A stretch of DNA of 64,000 bases from Thermodiscus sp. GTDB taxonomy: Archaea; Thermoproteota; Thermoprotei_A; Sulfolobales; Acidilobaceae. Location: the NCBI GenBank assembly GCA_015521175.1, contig WAOR01000009.1, positions 4,764-68,763 on the forward strand, read 5' to 3'. Numbering within the stretch: the first letter of the stretch is position 1; each line of letters starts with the position of its first letter. This document shows, piece by piece, positions 1-8,336 of this stretch. The notes under the pieces were generated by a model. The model was given only the letters and a program-made list of their open reading frames with translations, searched no databases and was not told the DNA's origin. A program made the translations under genes and the position numbers.

Positions 1-108
1 CTGGCCGCTTTGGAGGCGCTTAAGAAACTCTCAATTTCACAGACGGCCAAGGAGAGGATGAAAGCCTTCCTGGAGAAGAGGCTTCCTAGACCATCATTAG
101 ATCCCTGA
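1..108 (+). CDS. 3' end of an enoyl-CoA hydratase/crotonase-family gene (partial, starts upstream of the window)
   Basis: Frame 1 is open from base 1 to TGA at 106-108. The tail reads ...SQTAKERMKAFLEKRLPRPSLDP, resembling the crotonase C-terminal (E/D)G..AFLEKR.P motif. It overlaps the convergent TIP49 gene by 23 nt. Confidence 0.45.
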   Translation: MAALEALKKLSISQTAKERMKAFLEKRLPRPSLDP

Positions 109-1438
109 ATTTCTCAACTATCTCAACGCTCTTCTTCACATCCGCAAATAGCCTCTCGGCCTCTAATACATGCTCTTTCTCAACAGCCCTCTTCTCGGCC
201 CTCCTAGCGATTATCCATGCTGGCTCTAATAGTTGGAGGGCGTATCGTAGGCTTCTCTCAACGCCGACTTTTGTCAGCTCTTCTAGGGCTTCATCGGTTA
301 GGGGTATATCTAGTTCATCGCTCCTTATCATTATGATGTCCTTTATCTCGTCGGGCTTGTAGGGCCTCGTGGGTATTATTAGGAGCCTGTCTAGGAGGTC
401 CCTGGGTATTCCGTGGGGTGACTCGATATCCGTCCCTCTTATCTTCGCGATGCCCCTGTTCGTGGCTAGTATGATGAGTGGGGCGAACTCGCTCTCCATC
501 GCCTTTGTTAGGAAGCCGAAGGCTTCAAGGTCTAGTAGGTGGGCGTCATCTATGAAGAGTACTCCGGGAACTAGCTCCGCCTTTCCCTGGTCGATCATCT
601 CCTTCACGAGCTCATCGGTCTTAGCCCTCACCTCGTCGCTGATCTCCTTCTCGCCTCCGAAGAGGGCGAATAGCCCCGTGAATAGTGCCCTCCTGGCGGC
701 TAGGCTTAGGTCTATGTCGTGGAGGGTGAAGGTCCTCACTATCTCCTTAACCTTTTCAACTGGGCCAGAGGGGATTTCGACTTCCTCCTCGGCTTCTATG
801 TCGTATAGCTTCTTGCCCTTACCCTTGGCACGGCCAAGCTTCCTCACCTCTAGGGTCTCCGCGTCTATGACTATCACGTCGCCCTCACGCACCCTTAGCT
901 GGTAGAGCTGTGCGGCCGCCTCCGGGGGTATCTTGTACTCGGCCGTGTCATCCTTCGTCTCGAGTACTATCCTAGCCCCCGCCAGAGTGGGGTATGGGGC
1001 GAAGGGAGACCGCTTCCTAAGGTACTTGACCGCTTTTACGACGCCCTCGATAACCCTCCTCTTCTCTACTACCCTTACACCTATAGCCCTCCTAATAGCC
1101 TGTAGGAGCACCTCCGTCTTCTTCCTCTCAACACTATAGACCTCGCTGGCGTTCAACGCGACGAAGGGAGTGTCCTTGCCTAGCTCCCTTGCTATCGCTA
1201 TAGCTATCGCCGTCTTACCCGTGCCTGGGGGTCCCGCTAGTAGCACACCCTTACCCGAGAGCCTACCGTCTCGGACAAGCTCAACGATTATTCCAGCTGC
1301 CTCCCTTGCCTCAACCTGGCCTACGAGGCCGCCGCCTACCCGCTTAGCCCTCCCCTTCTCATCCAAGCCAAGACCTGTAATGTGGCTGTGCATACTGGCT
1401 ACCTGGCTCATAGTAGTTGGCCTAATCCTTTCGGCCAA
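86..1438 (-). CDS. TIP49/RuvB-like AAA+ ATPase (TBP-interacting protein 49 homolog)
   Basis: 450 aa. N-terminal HSHITGLGLDE..., Walker A GPPGTGKTAIA, Walker B VLFIDDAHLL; length and layout typical of RuvBL/TIP49. Confidence 0.85.
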   Translation of the reverse strand: MAERIRPTTMSQVASMHSHITGLGLDEKGRAKRVGGGLVGQVEAREAAGIIVELVRDGRLSGKGVLLAGPPGTGKTAIAIAIARELGKDTPFVALNASEVYSVERKKTEVLLQAIRRAIGVRVVEKRRVIEGVVKAVKYLRKRSPFAPYPTLAGARIVLETKDDTAEYKIPPEAAAQLYQLRVREGDVIVIDAETLEVRKLGRAKGKGKKLYDIEAEEEVEIPSGPVEKVKEIVRTFTLHDIDLSLAARRALFTGLFALFGGEKEISDEVRAKTDELVKEMIDQGKAELVPGVLFIDDAHLLDLEAFGFLTKAMESEFAPLIILATNRGIAKIRGTDIESPHGIPRDLLDRLLIIPTRPYKPDEIKDIIMIRSDELDIPLTDEALEELTKVGVERSLRYALQLLEPAWIIARRAEKRAVEKEHVLEAERLFADVKKSVEIVEKFRDLMMV

Positions 1439-1489
1439 GCATACTTCACCTCTATGATAACTGGGAACGGCTTTACGAGATTAAAGGCA

Positions 1490-3088
1490 TTATATAGAGA
1501 GGAACCCCTTCTTCCACATCACAAGTAAGATTAACGCTAAGGTGACTACGACACTAACAGGTACCAGCACGCTCTCCGGAACGGGCTCCGGGGGAGGTGT
1601 TAGTGTGTCAGCTAGCTTAACCGCGAGTCCACTACTCAACCCGGAAGCCGTAGTCTCCGGCACTATAGCCCTTTTCTTGGATAACCTTATGATCGGCTTT
1701 ACCATACTCGGAGAAACAGAATGGCCCTGCTCACTGGTGTAGACGTGTATCTTCTCGAGGGTTTTTACTGGGAGCTTCGTGTAGTCGCCCTGGCCGACTA
1801 CTGCTAGGCCTATACTGCCTCCAGGACTGGACCGGGCTAATAGGACCTCCTTAGTGACATCATAGAAGCTTACATTATCTGAGTAGGAGAGTGAAGCCAG
1901 GTATGTACCTCCCAGAGCATCTATCCCGGTGGCTAGTACGATTTCGCCACTGGAGCCGCCGAAGAGTACTGCTCTTTGAAGCGAGTGCGCAGAGTCAAAG
2001 ATTAGTGCTAGGCCGTGGTAGTAATCGGTGGATAAGGGGGTCGTGTAGTTATTATTAGTGCCGCCGCCAGCTATCAGGCTTCCATCACTACCCACGCTTA
2101 AGGCGTCGAGGAACTCGTACGCGTCTGTCGATAACGTGTAGTTCCAGACTACTGACAGGCTGGTGTTAACTGCTATAACGCTTGCCCTAGTCGTCGGGCT
2201 GGAAGGAGAAGGCTTGTCATCCGTCCACGTGTAGGCGGCATATACAAGATTGTTATCGGTAGCAAGAGGTATCCAGTGGTTCGAGGATAGCGTCACGTAT
2301 CCCTGGCTGTTATAGAGGGGATAGTAAGTATAGTCGATTAAGCCTAGGCTTTGATTCAGCTTCATTAAAAGGAAGTAAACAGGATAATCATAACCACTAT
2401 TGTAGTAATAAATCGTGGCCGACACATAGAGAGCTCCGTTAGGCCCGATTACGCAGTCCCATCCTGTGAGGTTGAATCCGCTCGCATAGAACTCGTTACG
2501 AGCCACGAGATTAAGATTCTCGTCGAACTCGAAGACGGTTGCATTAATCTTGGGGCTCCCATTAGGAGAATATTGAAAGCCCACAGCGAAGACGTGGCCT
2601 AAGCCGTCCCTACATACACCTCTTATAACCGTATAACTAGTGTCAGTATCCACATAATACCCCTTTACACTACCGTTCGAGGCGTTAACTGAATATATGA
2701 TTCCATAGACTCCTGCTGAACCGCTTATGTAGCCCGTTATGTAGACATTTCCCCAAGCGTAGAGAGCGTCGACACTAGTAAGATTTCCAGCTCCATAGTA
2801 ATAAGCATAATTATTAATAATGTCACCCTTGTAAGAGACAATTACTAGGGAAGAGTTTGTGGTAGCGTCTCCTGAGTAGCCAGACCCGGTGAATGTTCCA
2901 ACAAAGTATGCATAGTTGGAATCAAATGTTACAGAGTATAAGACATCGAGAGGATAGGTTGTTGAACCTATGGTTACGTTGAGCCTTTCGCTCCACTGCG
3001 GGGTGTATGCTAGATAGGCATAGCTTGCTGGCGCCGCTACGATCGCTGATATTGTTGCCATTAAGAGTGCTATTTTTATATATTTCAA
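1490..3088 (-). CDS. Secreted, C-terminally membrane-anchored surface protein, probably glycosylated; function unknown
   Basis: 532 aa. Hydrophobic N-terminal signal (MKYIKIALLMATISAIVAAPASYA), Tyr/Gly/Ser-rich repetitive beta-like body with many N-x-S/T sequons, a Pro-rich linker (TPPPEPVPE) and a terminal TM helix (VVVTLALILLVMW). Confidence 0.6.
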   Translation of the reverse strand: MKYIKIALLMATISAIVAAPASYAYLAYTPQWSERLNVTIGSTTYPLDVLYSVTFDSNYAYFVGTFTGSGYSGDATTNSSLVIVSYKGDIINNYAYYYGAGNLTSVDALYAWGNVYITGYISGSAGVYGIIYSVNASNGSVKGYYVDTDTSYTVIRGVCRDGLGHVFAVGFQYSPNGSPKINATVFEFDENLNLVARNEFYASGFNLTGWDCVIGPNGALYVSATIYYYNSGYDYPVYFLLMKLNQSLGLIDYTYYPLYNSQGYVTLSSNHWIPLATDNNLVYAAYTWTDDKPSPSSPTTRASVIAVNTSLSVVWNYTLSTDAYEFLDALSVGSDGSLIAGGGTNNNYTTPLSTDYYHGLALIFDSAHSLQRAVLFGGSSGEIVLATGIDALGGTYLASLSYSDNVSFYDVTKEVLLARSSPGGSIGLAVVGQGDYTKLPVKTLEKIHVYTSEQGHSVSPSMVKPIIRLSKKRAIVPETTASGLSSGLAVKLADTLTPPPEPVPESVLVPVSVVVTLALILLVMWKKGFLSI

Positions 3089-3312
3089 TTTAGCGCACCC
3101 TGATGGCGTGCTACACTACGTGTCTTTCCCCTTGTACTCTTAACATTCCTGTGGGTTTCAATTCTCCTAATTAGGTTTATAAGGGTTTATACTTGTTTTG
3201 TATTGAGAATCATTATAAACGGAATAGTACATTCTTGGAAATAAGCCCCATAGAGTTCTCACTATTTTTTACATGTAAATTATAGCCTATTAAGACATGT
3301 GCTTAAAAACAA

Positions 3313-4632
3313 GTGGCAGATGTGGGGGTTAAGGCAGGGTTCATGGGTAAGCGCAGAGAAGGCCTTGGAGCCCTCGAGTATTCTCTTCTCATGTTCTCGA
3401 TGACTACGTGTCTGCCACTATTCTTCCTGGGGCCACTGGCATACCGCCTACGTCTATCTCTAGACCAAGCCTTAGTAGCCGCGCTTATTGGGAACGGTGT
3501 TGTAGGTCTCCTAATGGTTCTAAACGGGTTGCCTGGGCTGAGTGAGGGCATCGATTATATCGAGCACTCCAAGAGGGTCTTCAGGGTGCTCTACAAGATA
3601 CCAGTCTTCCTCCGAGGGCTCGTCGGCGGCCTCTGGTATGGTGTAGAAGCGTTCAATGGTGCCTTAGCGCTTGCCCTTATACTACTCTACGGGCTTGGAT
3701 ACCGTGAGGGCTTGCTGGGAGAGGCTCTCACCATTCTCCCAGTGCTATTAGTAGTGTATGTTGCCTCTGCTACACTAGTCTATAGGAAGGGGGTAGCCGC
3801 CGTTGGCAAAGCCGCTAGTATAGCCGGGCCTATACTAATGGCCTACTTCGCCTATCTTGCATGGTCTAATCACGTCGTTGAACTATCTGGACTGGACGGG
3901 ATTCCTCGTGGCGTCTCGTGGACTAGTGCGGCCTTCTTAGGCTACCTGGCAGTGCAGACTAACTGGTGGGCGACAGTTGCTATTAACATGAGTGACCTGT
4001 CTAGAGCCGCTAGAAGCGTTAGAGCGTTGGCAGTGGGTGTGTTAGCGGGGATGGTTGGCGGCCAGTTGCTAGGGACTTATATCGGGTATCTCCTAGCTTT
4101 CAATTCTGGTAGTGCCTTGCCCCATGAGATAATAATCCGGGGGTCCCCCAGCCCCCTGGTACTCGTCATAGGATTACTATTCGCCTTTCTAGCCCCGTGG
4201 ACAACGGACCTCTCCGCGAATATCCCAGCCCTGGAGGGGCTCGTGAGGATAATCACAGGGATAGATAGGGAGAAGGCCGCAGTTATCGCTGGTCTTCTCG
4301 GCTTCATACTAGCCCCCTGGTATGCTATGGGCAGGGCACAGGACATCGTAGGGTATGTTGCAGCCTTCGCAGCCTCGTATGGAGTGCTACTAGGCCCGAT
4401 ACTCGGAGCAATGCTAGCTTGGCTCGTTAACAATCGGACCGGTGGTTCTCCAGCTTTCATGGGACTCCTCGCTGGGATATTAGCGGCTTATGCGTATGGG
4501 TATGCTACGGGCACTATAGTCTCTCTGAGACTTGGCGGCCTCACGGTTCCATTCCCTCCAGGCATAACTATCTATGTGGGCCTCACTGCCGCCCTACTAG
4601 TCCCCCTACTCATTGTAAGAGTGCGAAGGTAG
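3313..4632 (+). CDS. NCS1-like permease (nucleobase/hydantoin/allantoin-type cation symporter family), putative
   Basis: 439 aa polytopic membrane protein. The segment LSLDQALVAALIGNGVVGLLMVLNGLPGLSEGIDYIEHSKRVF resembles the NCS1 TM2-3 region, and WWATVAINMSDLSRAARS resembles the NCS1 N..D(F/Y)SRY region. By-eye assignment only. Confidence 0.55.
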   Translation: MADVGVKAGFMGKRREGLGALEYSLLMFSMTTCLPLFFLGPLAYRLRLSLDQALVAALIGNGVVGLLMVLNGLPGLSEGIDYIEHSKRVFRVLYKIPVFLRGLVGGLWYGVEAFNGALALALILLYGLGYREGLLGEALTILPVLLVVYVASATLVYRKGVAAVGKAASIAGPILMAYFAYLAWSNHVVELSGLDGIPRGVSWTSAAFLGYLAVQTNWWATVAINMSDLSRAARSVRALAVGVLAGMVGGQLLGTYIGYLLAFNSGSALPHEIIIRGSPSPLVLVIGLLFAFLAPWTTDLSANIPALEGLVRIITGIDREKAAVIAGLLGFILAPWYAMGRAQDIVGYVAAFAASYGVLLGPILGAMLAWLVNNRTGGSPAFMGLLAGILAAYAYGYATGTIVSLRLGGLTVPFPPGITIYVGLTAALLVPLLIVRVRR

Positions 4633-4702
4633 AGGGTCCCTGGGAGGCTGCACCTACTTTTTCCTTCCCTCTGCCACATTAGTTCTTCTTGAAGGTGTAG
4701 TA

Positions 4703-5389
4703 GTGCCGATGGATGGGCCTATCATTGTGGGGCATAGGGCTAATAGTGGCAGGATTGTTCAATTCTATAAGTTATCAGGGGTCGAGTATGTTGAGATCGA
4801 TGTTAGGAGCGAGAATGGAGAGGTAATGGTTGGTCATGGAAGGCCCGTGATCAACAGAGCCACAATTATCGGCAAGGCCTGGGCGTGGCTGGACTACAAG
4901 CTCTTCTACAGAGACCCCCTCTTGAAGGCTAGGACCTTACCGGAATGGCTTAGGATTATTCAGGAGAAGTTACCACTAAAGGGAGTACTCCTCGACGTCA
5001 AGAATAACGTTGACCCTAGGGCTCTAGCCAGAGAGCTCGAGAAGTCTGGATTCCAGGGGGAGCTCTACGCCTCGACAGAGGATCACAGGCTTATAAGGAG
5101 CCTTAAAGAGTACTTAGACGCAAAAGTATTAGCATCTTACAGTATAATGCCCTATGACATAGTAGAGTGCACCATTATGAGCGGCGCCGACGGGGTTGCC
5201 CTCCGCAAGGACTACTCTACAAGAGAAGTCGTTAAAAGCCTACATAGGGCTGGCTTACTGGTTTTCGCCTGGACGGTGAATACTGTGGAAGAGGCCGTCA
5301 GTGTGTACGGGGCTGGCGTTGACGGGATCATTAGCGATAGGCCGGACAAAGTTAGGAAGGCCCTCGGAGGCGTGCTAGATAAGGGCTAA
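4703..5389 (+). CDS. Glycerophosphodiester phosphodiesterase (GDPD) family protein
   Basis: 228 aa. N-terminal IVGHRANSG...VEIDVR...GHG and C-terminal VFAWTVNTVEEA...GVDGIISDRPD are GDPD/UgpQ-like motifs. Confidence 0.7.
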   Translation: MPMDGPIIVGHRANSGRIVQFYKLSGVEYVEIDVRSENGEVMVGHGRPVINRATIIGKAWAWLDYKLFYRDPLLKARTLPEWLRIIQEKLPLKGVLLDVKNNVDPRALARELEKSGFQGELYASTEDHRLIRSLKEYLDAKVLASYSIMPYDIVECTIMSGADGVALRKDYSTREVVKSLHRAGLLVFAWTVNTVEEAVSVYGAGVDGIISDRPDKVRKALGGVLDKG

Positions 5390-6499
5390 GTTCTCCTCTG
5401 TCTTGGGGTGAAAGAGCATTATCTTATCTCTAGGTATGCGTAGGTAGACTTTGTCCCCGATCCTTACCGTCTCGGAGGGGGGAGCCGTTACCTTTACCAG
5501 TTCACCGTTGATTCTCAGTGTGATTATGTTTTCTCTACCGAGAGGCTCTATAGTGTATACCTCGCCGTAGAGGTAGACGCCGTCGCCGCTCACCTCTCCA
5601 CGGATCTCCGCGTCTTCGGGCCGGAAGCCTACAAGCACCTCTCGTAGCCTTGCTTCCCTGAGCTTCTTTGCGAGCAAGCCTGTCGGGCAGTATTTGGAGC
5701 CTGGTAGGAGGACACAGGGAGCCTCGCTCTGGTCGACGCTAGCCCGGAATATGTTTGTGGGCGGGTTCCCGATGAAGCTTGCCACGAAAACGTTCCTCGG
5801 GTAACGGTATACCTCGTGGGGCGTGCCCTCCTGCTGTACCCTCCCATTGTGTATTACCACGATCTTGTCGGCCATTGCAAGCGCCTCGCTCTGATCGTGG
5901 GTCACATATATAGTAGTTATTCCGAGATCTCTTTGCAGTCGTTTCAGCTCGCTCCTAATCCTTATCCGCAGTATGGCGTCAATGTTGCTGAGTGGCTCGT
6001 CGAGGAGTAGGACTGCTGGCTCCTTGACGAGGGCCCTGGCTAGTGCTACTCTCTGCTGTTGTCCACCGCTTAGCTGGGCCGGGTACCTGTCTAGGAGGTG
6101 GTCTATGTTTAACATGCGCGCTATCCGCTTTACCCTCTCTTCAATGTAGGATTTGGGCTTCTTAGCAAGCCTTAGGGGGAAGGCGATGTTATCGAACACT
6201 TTCATGTGAGGGTAGAGGGCGTAGTTCTGGAAGACTAGGCCTATGTTCCTCTCGTTGGGCTTGAGCTTTGTGACGTCTCTCTCGTCGAAGAGTATCTTTC
6301 CCCTGGTTGGCTTGTAGATTCCCGCTATGAGGTATAGTAGCGTGGTCTTACCGCTCCCGCTAGGGCCTAATAGCGCTGTGAACTTGCCGTCGGGGATCTC
6401 GAGGCTCACGTTGTCAACTGCTACCACGCTCCCGAACTTCTTGGTTACATTGACTAGCGTCACCGTGACCACTACACTATCACCCCTTGACCCCTCCAC
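5375..6499 (-). CDS. ABC transporter ATP-binding protein, MalK/UgpC type with C-terminal regulatory (TOBE-like) domain
   Basis: 374 aa. Walker A GPSGSGKTT, signature LSGGQQQRVALARAL, Walker B LLLDEPLSN, H-loop YVTHDQ. Confidence 0.9.
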   Translation of the reverse strand: MEGSRGDSVVVTVTLVNVTKKFGSVVAVDNVSLEIPDGKFTALLGPSGSGKTTLLYLIAGIYKPTRGKILFDERDVTKLKPNERNIGLVFQNYALYPHMKVFDNIAFPLRLAKKPKSYIEERVKRIARMLNIDHLLDRYPAQLSGGQQQRVALARALVKEPAVLLLDEPLSNIDAILRIRIRSELKRLQRDLGITTIYVTHDQSEALAMADKIVVIHNGRVQQEGTPHEVYRYPRNVFVASFIGNPPTNIFRASVDQSEAPCVLLPGSKYCPTGLLAKKLREARLREVLVGFRPEDAEIRGEVSGDGVYLYGEVYTIEPLGRENIITLRINGELVKVTAPPSETVRIGDKVYLRIPRDKIMLFHPKTEENLALI

Positions 6500-7391
6500 T
6501 CATAGTTTCCATTAGGAGTCTTTGAGTGAACACGAAGAATAGGATCGTGGGGAGCAGATAGAGGGTTCCGGCAGCCGCTAGTATTGGGAGGTAGCTTGAC
6601 TCGAGGCTTCCCCCGGCTAGCTGACCCTCTATGAAGGTGGCCAGCGTCTTGGCCTGCGGTGGGAGGAAGACCATGACGTAGATCAGGTCCTCCCAGCCAG
6701 CTAGGAAGGCGAAGATCGCCACTGCGGCTATGCCGGGCTTCACCAGGGGTAGCATGGCGTGGCGGAGAGCTGTCCACCTGCTCCCACCGTCCACTATGAC
6801 CGCCCACTCCAGCTCCCAGGGGACCCTGTCGAAGAACCCTTTCAGTATCCAGATGCTCATGGGTAGCTCTAGGCTTGCACGGGCGAATATGACGAATACG
6901 AAGCTGTAGAGTAGCCTGTGCTGGAGTGAGACGTACTTCACGAGCGTGTAGTAGTAGAGAGTGTAGACCCCTACTATTAGGGCCACACCTGGGAATGCGT
7001 GGAGTAGGAGGAGTAGCTTGAGGGCCCCCATCCTCCACCTATACTTCATCCTCGAATACGCATAGGCGCTGGTAATGCTCCCAGCCAGCACCACTAGCGC
7101 TACCCCGGCAGCTACTATAATGGTATTCCCTATCATCCACAGGATCTGGCTCGTAGTGTAGATTCTAGCCCTCGTCGTGCTCAGCTCCCCGCGGAAGAAA
7201 GCGATCCAGTTATCGATAGTAAAGTGGAAGTGGACCCATGGATTGGAGACTATCGTGTCGGCGAAACTTGTGAGGATGAGGGTCGTGTAGGCCAGTATTA
7301 GAGGTATGCTTGCGAGTAAGAGGAGGCTAACTATGAGGACAGCCTCCATTCCAGTAGCTAATGGCTCCTCAAGCTCCGTCCGGGCCATCAC
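6480..7391 (-). CDS. ABC transporter permease (MalG/UgpE-like, carbohydrate uptake type)
   Basis: 303 aa, about 6 TM. EAA-like loop (LEWAVIVDGGSRWTALRHAMLPLVKPG). Overlaps neighbouring cistrons by 20 nt and 4 nt. Confidence 0.85.
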   Translation of the reverse strand: MMARTELEEPLATGMEAVLIVSLLLLASIPLILAYTTLILTSFADTIVSNPWVHFHFTIDNWIAFFRGELSTTRARIYTTSQILWMIGNTIIVAAGVALVVLAGSITSAYAYSRMKYRWRMGALKLLLLLHAFPGVALIVGVYTLYYYTLVKYVSLQHRLLYSFVFVIFARASLELPMSIWILKGFFDRVPWELEWAVIVDGGSRWTALRHAMLPLVKPGIAAVAIFAFLAGWEDLIYVMVFLPPQAKTLATFIEGQLAGGSLESSYLPILAAAGTLYLLPTILFFVFTQRLLMETMSGGVKG

Positions 7392-8332
7392 AGGTCACCC
7401 TTGGGCTCCGGGGTGGTCTGGGAGAACCTCATGATGCGGAGGGTCACGAGGCCGAGTAGGACGCCTATGATTACGAGGACTACTGCGGCCGCGGCCGCCA
7501 GGCCCTGGTTTTTAACGTCGCCGAAGGCCTCGTTGAACACGAATAATGCCCAGGTAGTGCCGTGCCACTTATCCACTATCCTCCAGTCTACCAGTACGAA
7601 GAGGTGGGTGTAGCTGGTCACGAGGCTTAGTAGCTGCCATACCGTCACGAATACTAGGTGCCACCGTGTCATCGGCACTAATATGTGACGGATTATCTGC
7701 CAGGTAGAGGCGCCGTCGACCTTCGCCGCAGTGATCAGCTCCGGCGGTATGCTCTTGAAGGCACTATAGAATATTATCATGCCATAGCTTACCCCGACTA
7801 GGCCATTCACGAATACTATGATAGCCCACGCGCTCCAGGGCAGTAGGCGCGGGTCTGTGCCCCAGAAGTATGGCTTATCTATGAGGCCTAGGTGTAGTAG
7901 GAACGCGTTGAGGGTCCCCTGAGGGCTACCGTAGAAGAAGTAGTACCAGATGAGCCCGAATACTGCTAGGGGGGTCATCCTGGGGAGCAGCCATAGTAGG
8001 CGGAAGGTGAGGCTTACTTTTTCCTCTATTATATAGGTGGCTATTGCCAGTAGTAGTCCTCCTAGCACGTTTACTATCAGGGTGAACACTACGAATACGA
8101 CTGTGGTCTTTAACACGAGTATTCCGTCGGGATCATGGGTTATGAAGTAGAAGAGGTCCCTGTAGTTTTCGAGGCCTATGTACTTTGAGAGGAGCGTGAT
8201 CCTCCAGTTCCTTAGGGGGGTGAAGCTTACCCAGGTCGTGATCACTAGTGGGATAATGTAGAAGACTATTATGAGTAGTAGGGCTGGTAGTAGAAAAAAC
8301 AGGGGGTTGTTGAGGGTTCTGGAGGCCCTCAA
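7388..8332 (-). CDS. ABC transporter permease (MalF/UgpA-like)
   Basis: 314 aa, about 6 TM. EAA loop ELITAAKVDGASTWQIIRHILVPMT. Confidence 0.85.
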   Translation of the reverse strand: MRASRTLNNPLFFLLPALLLIIVFYIIPLVITTWVSFTPLRNWRITLLSKYIGLENYRDLFYFITHDPDGILVLKTTVVFVVFTLIVNVLGGLLLAIATYIIEEKVSLTFRLLWLLPRMTPLAVFGLIWYYFFYGSPQGTLNAFLLHLGLIDKPYFWGTDPRLLPWSAWAIIVFVNGLVGVSYGMIIFYSAFKSIPPELITAAKVDGASTWQIIRHILVPMTRWHLVFVTVWQLLSLVTSYTHLFVLVDWRIVDKWHGTTWALFVFNEAFGDVKNQGLAAAAAVVLVIIGVLLGLVTLRIMRFSQTTPEPKGDL

Positions 8333-8336
8333 CTTC

